The notes: generated from the letters alone by a model not told the origin. DNA of 64,000 bases from the human T2T-CHM13v2.0 reference genome, Homo sapiens (GCF_009914755.1 NC_060934.1), one strand, 5' to 3'; numbered from the stretch's first letter, positions 16,423 to 29,622 are shown. Numbers and translations: made by a program.

Positions 16423-18400
16423 TCATTCGTTTATTCCACATGCATTTATTGAGTACGTGCTCTGTACTGAGCTCTATTCTAGGCATAACCGATCTTGCAT
16501 TGAAGGGGTAGACTCATTCCTTGCTCCACTATGGCAGATATTCCAGAAAAGATTTTACTTGCCTAGACTGAAAAGTGGATGGGATGGCAAACTCTTCTTA
16601 AGGAAAAAAAAAAAAAAAAAGAAAGAAAAAACACCCTGGATATAGAGAAAGTAATCCCATAAAATAATCCAGCTATTTACTGAATAGATATTTATTTGAT
16701 AACTACTTTGTGCTAGACAATGACACAATAGAAAAAAAATCTGGGAGCTTTCAAGAAGAAAATTGATGTGCAATGGATATGTAGACCTTGAAAGAGATTA
16801 GAACTCCTAGTAATAATCTTCACTGTAAGATGAAATTCACACAAGGCCAGGAGATTCACTCATCAAAGTAAAAAATAAAAATATTTGTTGACACAAATGG
16901 TCGATACATTTGTTTATTAAATATGGCAGTGGGCTAGGCCCTGGGTCTGTATAGAAAAAAAGACACAGCCCATTTCTTCATAGAGTTCAGTCTGAGGGTA
17001 GGAAAACTCATAATGCAGCTATAGAAGCTGACTGTCAGAGCAGCTAGGGAAAGATGGTGTTGCAGGACTTTTCCTTAGTTCAGCTAAAGATGGGGTCCTT
17101 TGTCCCACGGCAATGAAAATTCAGGCTTGCAGACAATTTGAATGAGTAAGACAGGGTTTTGCTGGGTGAAAGGAAGGAAAGGGGGAAACAGGGACTCCCT
17201 GCAAGGCCAGAGTCCCCTGCTAGAGAGCTTCCTGCCTCATAGTTCGAATTCCAGGTTTCACACAGGAAGAGGAGGGGGCCTGGCTCCCCCACCACCACCC
17301 CGCCCCCTCTGCAAACAGCACAAACTTCCCAAGGCTCTACCCTAGTGGGCAGGCTGGTTGGAGTTTTTCCGGGGACCCCCTCCCATCTGGCTGTCTCAAT
17401 GGTAGCCTCTGAGCCAGTGTGGATGGGGAGAGGTATGAAGGGACTTGCAGGCAGAAGTGTGAAATGGATGGGTTCAGATTGCAAGAGGGCCTCCCAGGCT
17501 AGAGGTCTCAGCTAGCACTAAGCCAGGGACAGCCTCACATTCCAGGCAAAAGATTTTACATTTTATCCTAAAGGCAGCAGAGAGACTTAACAGATTTTAA
17601 AAGAGGATGTGACATGATCAGATGTGCATTTTAGGAAAACCTTGCAAGAAACTGTAAGGAGAATAGCCCAAGTCAAGAGACTATTCCCACACTCCTATCA
17701 AGGGGTAGGGAGGGCCCTAAATTAGAGAGGTGACAAGAAATGCAAAGTATAAAGCACCATCTGGTGCATTCTTTCAGATATAAAACATAAATGGAAAGAG
17801 ACATGGATGATCTTCACCTATGGGAAGTTAAGGAGGTCAGACATATAGACACATAAAATGCTAATTAAAACCAAAGTGGAGAATATGATGTGTGAAATGA
17901 GTGGTACAAATGATAGTGTTATAGCACAAAGTCCCACAATAATTCAGAGATGAGACACATCACTGTAGCTGGGTTTGAGTGTGTGTCTGGGATCAGGGGG
18001 CTGGGCTGTCATTTACAGATAGTGTGAAATTGTCCTAAACATGCAGAATGACTCATGCAAAAGCCCAGAACAGAGTAAGTAGGCAGGCCTAAAAGAAATC
18101 GAAGAACAGAGGTGAAAAGTAGTGAAAGATAAGGTGAAAAATAGTCATTTAGGAGCAGATTGTGGAGGGTCCTTAGAGTCAGAATTAAAGGGTTTAGGAG
18201 ATTAGACTTTATCCTACTCAAACTGGAGGGCCATGGAAAGTATTTTAGTGGGTCATAATTAGGGTCTTGATGAAAGAGATATTTTAGAACACCTCATCTG
18301 GTCATTGTGTTTTAGATGCAATGAAAGGAACAGAAGGAGATAAGGCCAATTAGGAAGTTACTGCAGTAACTCAGGCAAGATAATGGCCTGAACACAGTGA
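16423..18400 (-). mobile_element. Fragmented L2 relics (interrupted by MER61)
   Basis: L2 3'-end motif CATTTATTGAGTAC... and body motif GATTTTAAAAGAGGATGTGACATGATCAGATGTGCATTTTAG; boundaries approximate. Confidence 0.5.
17058..17398 (-). mobile_element. MER61A-like ERV1 solo LTR
   Basis: Minus strand reads TGAGACAGCCAG...CTTTAGCTGAACTAAGGAAAAGTCCTGCAACA; 4-bp TSD ATGG at 17054-17057 and 17399-17402. Confidence 0.88.
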
Positions 18401-20307
18401 AACTGAAAAGAAAGGAATATGGGAAAAAAGGATTTCATGAAAAAAGGATCTTCACAGATTGTTCACTGAATCCCTCATCTCTTGTTTCAAAAAAAAAAAA
18501 AAGTCATATGTGTTAATTCTTTTATTACCGGGGCTCTTCTCAAACCTCCCCTTTAGACAATGCCATTTTACAACCAAAACTCTTGTACTTGACATGCACA
18601 AGTAATTACTGGTCTGGGATGTATTTGTTTCTTTAAGTGACTGTGGCTGAAAAATTGAGGCTAAAAAGAAGAGATCAGCCTTTGAAGTTCTGCTCTACAT
18701 GGAAAAATAAAGCAAAACCAGGTGTAAGGGAAACCACAGATTTGGAAACAAGAAAGGACCAAGAGGTAATTTTCCGTACATTTCTCACATGAAAGTATAA
18801 GTAATCCTTATAGAAATACTTTTCCCGAGGAGCGGTTGTTCAGAGGATCTAATTAAACAGGGTATGTCAAAGTGTTTCAAAATAAATGAGGTATTCATAC
18901 ATCTGTTAGGTATTATGAGAAAATATGTGTTATTGCCCTATCACTTTCTCTTTTTTTTAAACTTTGTCTTTAAAGATAATGCTACTGACCCCACTATTTA
19001 CTGGGAATTCATCAGTTATTGGTTGAGATGAGCTACAGATAAGGTCTAGTCCACTAAAGCAACATATAGATTCACTCTGTAAAAATACTAGCCTTCAAGA
19101 GCTTAAATCTAAACCACTGACCTCATAACTAATCGTCTATGTTAATCAACCCACTTATGACTTACAATAAAAATAACATTCATTCTCCCTTCAAACTGCT
19201 TAGTGTACTAGATTTTACTACTCAAAATCAGAAGCTTTTACATAAATGTTTCATTAGTTATAAAACTTCTGCTTTTTGTATAAAGAACAAAATTAACAAA
19301 TAATGTATTTCAATGAATGACTTTATAATTTTTACCTTTCTCATATTTAAAAAAAAAAGTTTGCTAAATATAAAAAGAAAAAAATCTCCTTCAGTGTCTG
19401 TTGTTCAGATTCATGTAAGACCTAATTGCCTCATACACGATAATTTTGCCACCAGTTTACAATTAGCATGTATTGCTCATGCATGAGTTGACCCAATTAC
19501 ATAACAAATTTCGCCTTTGGGGATTTCTCTTGACTGCTTGTCTTCTGTCCACCATACAACTCAATTTCACACTGTCAGCAGCCTGAACATGGTTACAGTC
19601 AGTCTCTGTCAAAATGATTTATTTAAATTACAAACAGAGACCAAATCCCTAGATAATTGTCCCTACCCTCATGTTCACCCTTGCACTCAACCGAACTTTG
19701 AATCAAATCTTTTAATAGCCCATAGACACTACTATTCAATTATTAGGCAATGTTTAGTCCCAATAATCTAATATTGTTGAAGCTAACTCACAAAATCTCA
19801 GGGAACTAAATCAGCAGTATCCGTGTGAGCTTATTAATGGGCATATAATTTATTTTACATTCTAAGAAGTCAGTGAAAAATTATGTAGTGTAGCAAAAGA
19901 GCTAAAAATAATTATATTACAAGATCAAATTATAGAGAGATTACTTTTTGGTATACTTTTTTAAAAGTGTCACTCTTAGCTTTTCTTGTAAAGTAGGCAA
20001 GCAATTCTTATAAATGGGTATGCGAAATTGAAAGTGGTAGCAAAAAAGGATATTTGGGAAAGCGGACAGATAATTAAAATTGTGAACATTGACAAGGTAA
20101 GGGAAATAATATAGGGCAGGTGAAACACTAATGTCTATAGACATTAGTCTATACTGATCTAGGAAAATGGGGTTTTAGACACTCTCATTGAAGTCAACAC
20201 ACAGAGGTACATACACAGATATACGCACACACAGACAAGCAAAACTATTTTCTCCATTTGTCAAGAACACGCAGAAATCCTGACAAATCAAATAATGGTA
20301 CACTCAC

Positions 20308-20392
20308 CATTTCAGTCAGTCTTTAAAACACACAATTTTGTCATCTGGTCGATTTTTGTTTCTTTCCCCTTCATTTGATATTTCTCTTCCCC
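20308..20392 (-). other. Probable host-gene exon (85 nt, 5'UTR ending in a candidate start ATG)
   Basis: Acceptor TTTTCTAATTTATTTCAG| with branch-like CTAAT, donor ATG|GTGAGT. Purine-rich, TE-free, stops in all three frames, G at -3 of the terminal ATG. Gene not identified. Confidence 0.7.
20312..20374 (-). other. Candidate upstream ORF MKGKETKIDQMTKLCVLKTD*
   Basis: ATG at 20374-20372 to TGA at 20314-20312 inside the exon, ending 1 nt before the terminal ATG. Confidence 0.5.
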
Positions 20393-23210
20393 CTGAAATA
20401 AATTAGAAAATAAACATCCAGTTTTCATCTATGGCACAAAGTCTGTAAAAGTCTCTTGGGGTTTGACTTCACCATTTTATTTCACAATTTATCCCCAGAC
20501 TGTCTCAGCTAATTGAAAGTGCAGCTGATATTAGTGGGTAAACAGCCAGAATGAAACATCAGTAATTTTCCCAAGGCTAGCCTGAGTCCCTTGAATGTCT
20601 GGCGATGGTTGTGCTTTGAGATCCTGCTGCAGGTACCCTGAATGCATTGCTTGTAAACTTGAAGGTGGGAACCACCTGAAATTAGAAAGAGCCTTTACAG
20701 TTACCCACATGAGCTAGCCCAGTAGCAGCCACAGAAAAGGGTGTTTCATTTTTTTTAATGCCCTTGGGCACAGTATTCCTCAATTCATATTTGGACACTG
20801 TCCCTTAAGAATATTTTCCTAAAATATTGGTAAATAAAGAAAATGTGATGTACAAAGATATTTCTGCCATTTCTGAATTTATGCCCTAGAGTTTGGGGGC
20901 AAGGAGAGGGTGGATGGCAATTAAGCGACACAGTTGTGAAAATCCGTAAGGCAGGGCTTTCTGGCCCACAGTTCCTAAGTCAGTGCTGAACACATTGGCT
21001 GTCAGGTTTCATTCTACTGAAGAGATACAGTTTCAACAAAACCTGGACTTCTGAACATTATCTTCAATTAAACGATTTGGCTCGATTTCCTGACTTCCTA
21101 TAAAAACTGTTCCCAAGCCTAACATTCAATTTCATAAGCAACCAAACCCCATCTGAATATTAATATATTCAATGAGATGAAGACATCTTCTGGAATTTCA
21201 TGGGGAAAAAAATAATTTTGCTTTATTTTAGAAGCCAAGTTCTTTTTCTTCCCAGCCATTTAGTCAATTCTGAAATACTGCCTCTTTTCTTGTTTTGTTC
21301 TGTGGCTACACTAAGTGGGTAACATAGCAGAAGAATTATAAATTGCAGTATTTAACAAATCTCCCATGTTCAATATGTTGTCATTACAGCTACCCAGAAA
21401 AGGCAAGTTCACCCACTCTCACCTCGTTCATCACACTCAATTTGAAATTTACGGTTGTATTTTATCCCACACCTCAGTAACATGCAGACTGAGTGGTCAT
21501 TTCCAAATGATTTCAAATCCTCAATAAACAAACATGAGAAGAGCTGAAAAAATTTCAAAACATTGACATAGACATAAGCAATCAAAAATTCCCATTCATC
21601 CGTAACATATTACCCAAAACACTTAGGAGTTGTCATTAAATTCACTGCTTTATGTCTTTATACAAGAGAGATTAAAGGCAGCTAAGAAAGAGCCACACAA
21701 TATTCAGAGATAAACTAGAAACAAATAGGAGAAAATGAAACACAGGGAAACATAAAGACAGCAAAGACTGCCGATCTTAGTTAACCTACCTATATTAACC
21801 TATATTAAACTTGGCACTCAAATGCAAGACTCACAAATTTCATACCCCTAATAATTTTCAGGATCTATAATTTTCAGGATTATAATTTCCCAGCATCTCT
21901 AGCCGGAAGATTCTGGGGTCTTTCCAGTCTAGACACTTTCTCACCTGTTTCCTCTCATAACAGACACAATCCAGCCACTGTCAAAAAATATCTGTTTGGG
22001 TTTTAGCCAATACTGTTCAGTGGGTTTAGATTAAAGTAATATGGAAAACTGGACTTGCCAAAGTACTACTTTTTGGATCAACCCAAGTTTCTTATAGAAA
22101 AAGATCCTTGAGTAATATGGAAAACCTAGTGAGGTAAGGGAAAAAGTTCATGAAGTTGCAGTCTTATAAATGAATAATAAATTCACCAGACCTCAGAGCA
22201 CTTAACAGCCTCCCTTCTTTAAGAGTTGTTCCCTAATGGTAATATTATGAAGTCTATATTTTTTACAGCTATCCAAACATTTAATATGCCTCATATTGGC
22301 TAAGAGAACTACTTATAAGACTGCTACGGCTGCTAACATTAAGACATCGCAAAAAGTTTTTTTTTTAAAAAAAGATGTTGTCTAAGTTACATGCTTTTAA
22401 AAATCAGAGTTGTCTAAATAATAGGCTTAATCTAAATGGTGCTTTTTATACTGCTGTCTATATAACATATTATATATGATAAATATAGATTAATACATAC
22501 CTGTGTGATAAGGGTATTTTGCATAATTAAGAATGGATCTGCAAACCACCTCTGGTATTGAATAAAATGTATATTCCTGCTAATGATAAAGGTTGGTAAA
22601 ATGATCAGTATTTTTTAATTAAACATGAATATTGACTAAATTTGAATAAAAATTAAAAGGCTTACCTTTGATCAGCTTCAATCCTTATGTTAGCTGTCAC
22701 ATGGATGTCTTAGGTAGAAATGTTTAGTTCTTTTTGAAATAAAATTCAGTGATTGTTGAAGATGTATAATATAACTGTTTTTGGCAGAATTATTTTTTAG
22801 ATAAACATTTGCCAAAAATAATCCAAAGAAAGAACTGTTATTAAATGTAACTGCCAGTGTAATAGATCATTGATTTGCATTCTTAAAAGCAAAAATAGGT
22901 TTTTGGTTTAAGGAAAGAATAAAGAGGAAGAAAAATAAGGCAGTGATCTTCAGTATTCATGACTGATGGATTGCTGGGATGGGGTAGAAAAACTAAGAGA
23001 CAAATGTCATGAAGTCTTAAAATTCAACTCTTTTTCTTCAAAGGAAATCCCTACTAATATAAAATGTCCATTTAAAGAGCAAAAAACAATGTGTACTTTG
23101 CATCCTCCCACTTCCTAATAAATTGTTTAACATGAAATAATTCTGTTTTTGAACTTTAGACATATAAAAAGTATTTTTCTCAAATTATACATAATTCTAT
23201 CTGCAAATTT

Positions 23211-23320
23211 TATATGTGTGTATATGTGTGTATATATACACATATTTATATATAAATGCATATATAATATATACACATGTATTTTATACACACACACACA
23301 TATATACATGTATACATACA
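23211..23320. repeat. (TA)/(TG)/(CA) low-complexity tract
   Basis: Alternating purine-pyrimidine run. Confidence 0.85.
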
Positions 23321-24479
23321 TCTCATGATGATGACCAAATATCAGTGAGTTTAAAACCACCTGCTAATTAAACATGTCCTGGAAATTAAGGCTACATCAG
23401 TTATAACACCTAGATATACAAATTTTAGTGACTTTATAAGTGACGCACAAAATACAGTTCTCGTGAAAAATGGTATGAGTGTTGCCTGTTTGCTCATACT
23501 TTTATGTCACTCACACATCTGTTAATTTTCATCCATATTTCTTCTTGGATATCTAACATTGAATTAATTTTTGTGAAGAAAAATACATCCTGACACACTT
23601 CATGTAATATTTTGGAAGAAACATAATCACAGGTGTGAATTACCAAAACTTAGAAGAGCTGTTTATCCACCTTTAATAAGTACTGAATTAATACCTCCCT
23701 AATACATTTTGAACTTCTCCTAGTCTCCATTTTCTCTTTTGAGGAAACTATATTAATAAACAAGGCACAGCTTCAAGTCCAAAGCAACTACATATATAAA
23801 TGTTTATTTCAAAAGTAAGATGTAATACCTGATTTCAACAAATATCTAATTCAAAATATGAAATCTTATAGACACCTAGTCGGCAAATAGGAGATCTTAA
23901 GACTCCTAACCTTATATGTATATTTTATATGCTTATCCACAGTCAAAACTTAACTTTCAAGTTTCTTATTTTAATTATAAAAGGCCTATTTTGGAAAAAT
24001 TTGAAAGCTGAGAACCATTCAAAATGGAATAAGGAGATCTTCTATTAGGTAACTAAGCACCGGGTCCTAGATAACTGTGATGGAACCAGAGGGCAGGGTT
24101 TACCAGATGAAATTGGCATAGTCTATGCGTGCACTGAGTACTGCTTGCACCCCACAGCAACACAAACACTTCCAAGTCATCCAGCCTCCCTTTCTCATCC
24201 AGAAATGCACATCAGAGCCATCATGCTATTGAATAAACAGGCACCTACATTACTGATTTGCTCCTGAGTCCTCTTCAGTCTCTGTAGCTCAGGAGTGTCC
24301 GTGACGATGCTGAAGCCCCTCCCTTTGCTTTCTTCAAAATCTCTTTTGTACTTGACCTAACAAGAAGGGGGAAAAGAAAAGTGAACAGAGGGATCACGAA
24401 TCCCACTCGGGATAGGCTGGGCCAACGAAGCTGCTGGAATTGGAAACAATGGCTAAAAACACAGATCTCAGCCGGAGGT

Positions 24480-24725
24480 GCAGTTAAGAACCAGAAGGAA
24501 ACAGCCAGGCTACCTGGTTTGTGTCACAGAAACTCCACTTACCATTTGTGTGACTTTAAGCAAGTTCTTTAACCACTCTGTGCTCAGTGGTGTCATCTGT
24601 ACAGCGGCAATAACAAACAACAATGGCTATTTAAGAGGTTGTAGGGATGGGATCAGACTACTTGATGCATGAATCTGGCTGACAGAAACAAGTAAGTACT
24701 CCATAATAGTTATTATGATTATCAC
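24480..24725 (+). mobile_element. MIR
   Basis: TGTGTGACTTTAAGCAAGTTCTTTAACCACTCTGTGCTCAGT core. Confidence 0.7.
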
Positions 24726-25577
24726 CATTAATACCATTACTACTGTGAAAGGAAAGAAAATGTAGAAAAAGAAAGCTAAATCTTCTTCTCCTCCTGTGCC
24801 CGCCTGTCAGTGAAAAAGCCTCATTTTGAGCCTAAACTGCCCTATGGAGGAGGGAGATGAAGAATTGACAGCTAGCCCTGTCCAAGAAGTTTTTATTCAA
24901 CTTCAGAAGGCAAACATATGGATACAATTACACAATGCTGTATTGCCAAATGGCAAGTACATAAATGCTTATGAAAATATTTATAAAATAGGCCACACCT
25001 AGAGATTAAAAAGCTGCTCACACATGCCCTTGGCATACTGTGTGCTGAAGTAGCGAAGATTTTTTTCAGTATTTAAATATACTTCTTTTCTAATTACAAC
25101 CCAATGGAGCTGAATTTTACTGTTTCCTCGGAGGACTGGAACAGCTAATGCTTCATCTTACAGAACCCCATCTCCTGTTATTAGCATAATGACAATAACT
25201 GTCACACCAGTTAAAGATTTGGCTTGTTAATGACTGAGATGGTTACATCACTTTGTTCTTTTTTTAAGCCTAAATATCAAGAAATTTGGAAACATATTTT
25301 GATAATCCATAGAATCCCCATTTTACATTCAAAATTACAAGCTTCCAATCAACACTTACATTGATCATTAAAATTAATTAAGTTAATTTAGGGTTGCCTA
25401 TTCAATATGATTGTTAGTATAGTGTAGTCTTCTGCAGAAGGTAGAAAAGTTCACTTCGTTGAACATGGAATGGCTGTTTCTGTTGAATCATGTCTGTATT
25501 TAAATACCCAATTCTATCAAGCATTATTATCCTCAAGGATACGACAAGATTTTCTTTTACCAGACAAGCTTGAAAGA

Positions 25578-25580
<3 letters not shown>

Positions 25581-25618
<38 letters not shown>
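25581..25618. repeat. (AC)19 microsatellite
   Basis: Direct reading. Confidence 0.98.
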
Positions 25619-25622
<4 letters not shown>

Positions 25623-26120
25623 ATCTAGATACTCTCATCGCTTTTAGCTTAAGAATACCTAATTCTTCTCTCTGTACTTTCGATTTGTAAAAGCACTAAA
25701 CCCCTTACTTTATTCCCATAAGTAAAAGGTCAAATAAACTGCAATATTTTTCTTCCACATAAAATGCTGAGAGATTAGCCTTCTCACCCTCCATCTCCCA
25801 GCATGGGTAAAGATCCACATGCTGGCACATTCTCAGCGTTTAATGCCTAACTAAGCAGGCAAGCTATTTAGTTTTGCTGGTAGTAAGCACTGGAGCTCAG
25901 AGTAGTAAAATAATAAAAGTTAAAAGGATGACAAGGTTGGAATAGCAACAGGCATGAAGACATAGGAAGAAATGCCTGTGAGACAAGTTCTAGCATTCCT
26001 AACACCAGTCTCAGAGAAGGCACAATCACATATTATTTTTGTTACTCGTCTGTATTTTTTAATAGCAATTTCCAAAGACAGAGGTGAAAAGAAAAACCAA
26101 TAAATTCTAGAATCATAGGT

Positions 26121-26268
26121 ATTTTTGGTTTTTTCTTTTTGTTTTGGTAGTGATGGGTTCTCACTATGTTACCTAGGATGGTCTTGAACTCCTGGCCTCA
26201 AGTGATCCTCCTACCTTAGCCTCCCAAAGTGCTGGGATTGCAGGTATCAGCCACCACCACACCCAGCC
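26121..26268 (-). mobile_element. FLAM / Alu left monomer
   Basis: Reverse monomer; TSD TAGAATCA(T/C)AGGT. Confidence 0.88.
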
Positions 26269-26866
26269 TAGAATCACAGGTTTTGAGCTGACTACTGTTC
26301 AACAATCCTTTCCACATTCACAAGACACAAAAGAATCATCTGACTTTGGCTTGCTGGTTGTGTGACTAACTTTGAGAAGTGTACAATCACCTCTAAAAAT
26401 GGCTTGCAGAGTGTTGCAGGATTCCTATTTCTTTTGAATGGTGTGAAACACAGCCAAGCCTCTTACCCTCTCAGCACCAGTTCAAGCACCAGCCCACCAG
26501 TATTTCTTTACTACACATAGGGAAACTCCGAGCCATTCATCAGCTCTCTCTTTTCCACACTCCCACCCACTTTCATCCTATTTACTTAGGTCTAATTTTA
26601 AATGTGGTATCAGATGGTTTGTCAGTCATGTGTAGTCTGATTCTAGGAGGCAAGTGGATATAAAAAGAGAACAGAGGACAGAGGGAAATAGCAGGATGTC
26701 TCTCTCCAATCTCATGTGGCCCCTTTGCCCTCACATGACCTCATCCAGCCAAAAAGGACACCACATCCACAAGACCCTGTGATAGATCTCGGGAGGGCCA
26801 CATAATCTAGCAAGCATCCAGAAGCCTCAGCTCTGGGACTCTGGCAGGAATTCTTGGGAAAGGGGT

Positions 26867-27257
26867 TGTGTCATTTATTTGTGCTGCTATAAAGGAATAC
26901 CTGACACTGGGTAATTTACAAAGAAAAGAGGTTTATTTGGCTTATGGTTCTGTAAGCTGTACAGGAAGCATGGTGCCAGCATCTGCTTCTGGTCAGAGCC
27001 TCAAGAAGCTTCCAATCATGATGGAAGGTGAAGGGGAGCCAGCGTGTCACATGGCAAGACAGGGAGCAAGGGCAGGGGAATGTGCCAGGCTCTTTAAACC
27101 AGCTCTCACGTGAACTCATTGTTGTGGGGAGGGCAAAAAGCCATTCATGAGGGATCCGCCCCCATGATCCAAACACCTCCCATTAGTGCATACCTTCAAT
27201 GCTCAGGATCACATTTCAACATGAGATTTGAGGGGGACAAACATCCAAACCATATCA
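26867..27257 (-). mobile_element. MaLR solo LTR (MSTB-like)
   Basis: Minus strand begins TGATATGGTTTGGATGT; 5-bp TSD GGGGT at 26862-26866 and 27258-27262. Confidence 0.9.
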
Positions 27258-27262
27258 GGGGT

Positions 27263-27505
27263 GCTCTTTTGCTATGGTCTGGCTAGTTTAACTGGCTGTA
27301 AAAGTGGAGTTGCTGACTACCATGTGGCCACTGTCCAATAATGAAGTCAACACAGAGGCAAGCAAAAGAGTGATTGAGAGAGAGTCCTGACATCACCATC
27401 TGAGCACCTGAATTTAACTCTTCCAAAAGCCAGAAATACCAGGTTTGCCCGTTACGTGAGCTAATCTCTTCCTTTTACAATCAAAAGAATTCTGATGAAC
27501 ATAAC
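27263..27505 (+). mobile_element. Old MLT1 (J/K-like) LTR fragment
   Basis: GAGAGAGTCCTGACATCACC...CAATCAAAAGAATTCTGA end motif. Confidence 0.5.
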
Positions 27506-27686
27506 CAGCCCCCGTGTCCATGTGTTGTACACACGTATGACAAGGCTCCCAGTAAATACAAACATGTAAATTTCTCATTGACTTCTATGCCCTGATTCTT
27601 CCTATGTATGTTACAAGATGTAATAGTTTAGATCAACAGCAGATTCTATCAAGGAAAGAGCATTGCTTTCATGGACAATCCTTTGC

Positions 27687-28335
27687 TCATTCAGCAAATC
27701 TTTACTGAGCACCTACTATGGGCCAAGAGCTGTTCCAGGTATAGAAATGATGTGACAAAGAGAAGTCAATGGTCCCTGCCTTCATGGGGCTTATGTTAAT
27801 TACAATGCAAGAGATGAAAAACACACAAGATCTATGTAGGTCATAAATGGTATGTTAGTGGGAAGCGCTAAGAGAGAAAAATAGCGAGACAAGGGGACGT
27901 GAAGTGTCAGGCAGTCTGCCCTTCTAGACAGGGTGGTCAGGGAAGTCCCCAGTAAGAAGGTGACATTTCAGTAAGGCCTCAAAGAGGGAGGAAGAAAGCC
28001 ACACAGACTTCTTCCAGGAGAGCTATGCAGGCAGAGGGAACAGACAGAGCAAAGCCCTAAAACCCTTTAGAAAGGTCAAGGAAGGCCGCTCTGTCTGGAG
28101 CAACCTTAGTGGGAGGGAAGAGGAAGAGGACTGCAGAGAGTGGTCACACGGGGCTTTGCACGCCCTGAGGATGTTGGCTTTTCTTCCCTGTGGGTCATGG
28201 GGCCCGTGGAGGTTTGTATGCGGAACAGCGGTATGCCCTGACTTGTGTTTTAAAAGGCTTTCTCTGGCTGCTATCCTGCAAACTCCTTGGAAGTGTGCAG
28301 GACAGACGCGAGAAGCCCAGGTAGAGTCAGGCAAT
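27687..28335 (-). mobile_element. L2 (L2a-like) 3' portion
   Basis: TCATTCAGCAAATCTTTACTGAGCACCTACTATG 3'-end motif followed by typical L2 body. Confidence 0.75.
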
Positions 28336-29500
28336 ATCCAGCCACCTCCCCCAGTCAGCCACTGTCAGAGAACTGTCCCAGGACCACAGAAGAAAGCAAA
28401 AGTTCTTGGGCCCAGCCTCAGGGCCCTGGCGTCCCCGAAAGACCCCACCAGGCATGTTACACACTGTTGTCAGAACGGAGCAGGAAGGACAAAGAGGAGA
28501 GAGGACAGAATTAAGTTACCAACCTGAGCTCAGAAAGAGAATGTGCCATACCTGGGAAGTAACACAGTCTTATCTCCCTACAGTCTTATCCCTTCAAGAC
28601 TGAAGAAAGGCACTTTGAAAACGCATTCAAAGTCAAATGTGAGAAATTCATGTAATAGGCAACTTGCTTTGCCATATTTGCCTTCAGAAGTAACTTCAAA
28701 ATGTCTTATGTCAAATATTGAATACTATATATTATGGAAATTCTATATATGTCATATGTGTTGACATTCTACGTGTCTGTGTGTATATGTTGCATGTATG
28801 CACAGAAACATGATATGCATGTGTACATATATAACTTCCTGCAACATAGATTAGAACGCTAAAGCAAGAATCAAGAAACCTGAATTTAAACCGATTCTTT
28901 TCTGTGATCTTAATTTGTTCTATTTATCTAACACTCCTGATCCTCAGAAAATAAAACAAGAAAATATGCAATATGCTACACATTAAATGAATGTTTGCAA
29001 GGTGAAAATAAATAACATGTGAAAATACCAAGCAAGGATATGACCCTTCAGCAAATATTAGTTTCATTCTTTTCACTAAATTTTAAAAACGGCCTTTGCT
29101 GCTGAAGTATGTGCATTTCTGCCAAAGTGTGCACCCTTAGTGACAGTTTGTGTTTGAAGTCATCAGCAATTAGCTCTCCCAAGTTCATGCAGGGTGACAG
29201 CCTGGACACCGGAGCAGTTCTGGACCAGCTTAAGGAAAAGGCTCACAGTGACTAAAAAGGAAGACTTCTGAAAAACAAAATAACAGGCAGAGTGGCAAAT
29301 GGAATTATTTACTAATGCTGAGATAAAAGTTCTCTTCCCCAAATGCTGCAAACAGCGCAATTATTACTATTATAAAACATCAGTAAATGGAGACAATGGA
29401 ATCCACTAAAGAGAAAGGCCACTGTTAGGCAGAAAGCCATCGCGGATGAAGGAAGAAGGAAGCCAACTGGGACCAGAGACTGGTAAATTGTTGAATGACA

Positions 29501-29622
29501 ATTAAATAACACTAATTGGAGATTATGTAGGTCATAAATGGTATGTTTATGACCATACCATTCACGTTAAAGGAGATTCACGTTAAAGGAGAGTTCACGT
29601 TAAAAGGAGATTAAATAACACT
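29501..29622. repeat. Complex templated insertion with three 16-17-bp tandem units
   Basis: Flanking 13-bp repeat ATTAAATAACACT; 24-bp copy of 27833-27856; two 9-bp fold-back inversions; (TTCACGTTAAAGGAGA)x3. Confidence 0.85.

Noticed and set aside
17058-17398. p53 response element in the MER61 LTR
   Set aside because: No RRRCWWGYYY pair visible; such sites are typical of other MER61 subfamilies.
20308-20392. Naming the host gene
   Set aside because: Only a candidate ATG is visible and I do not recognise the UTR; a BLAT search is needed.
29561-29610. CRISPR-like array
   Set aside because: Tandem units with no spacers, no cas genes, and a primate context.
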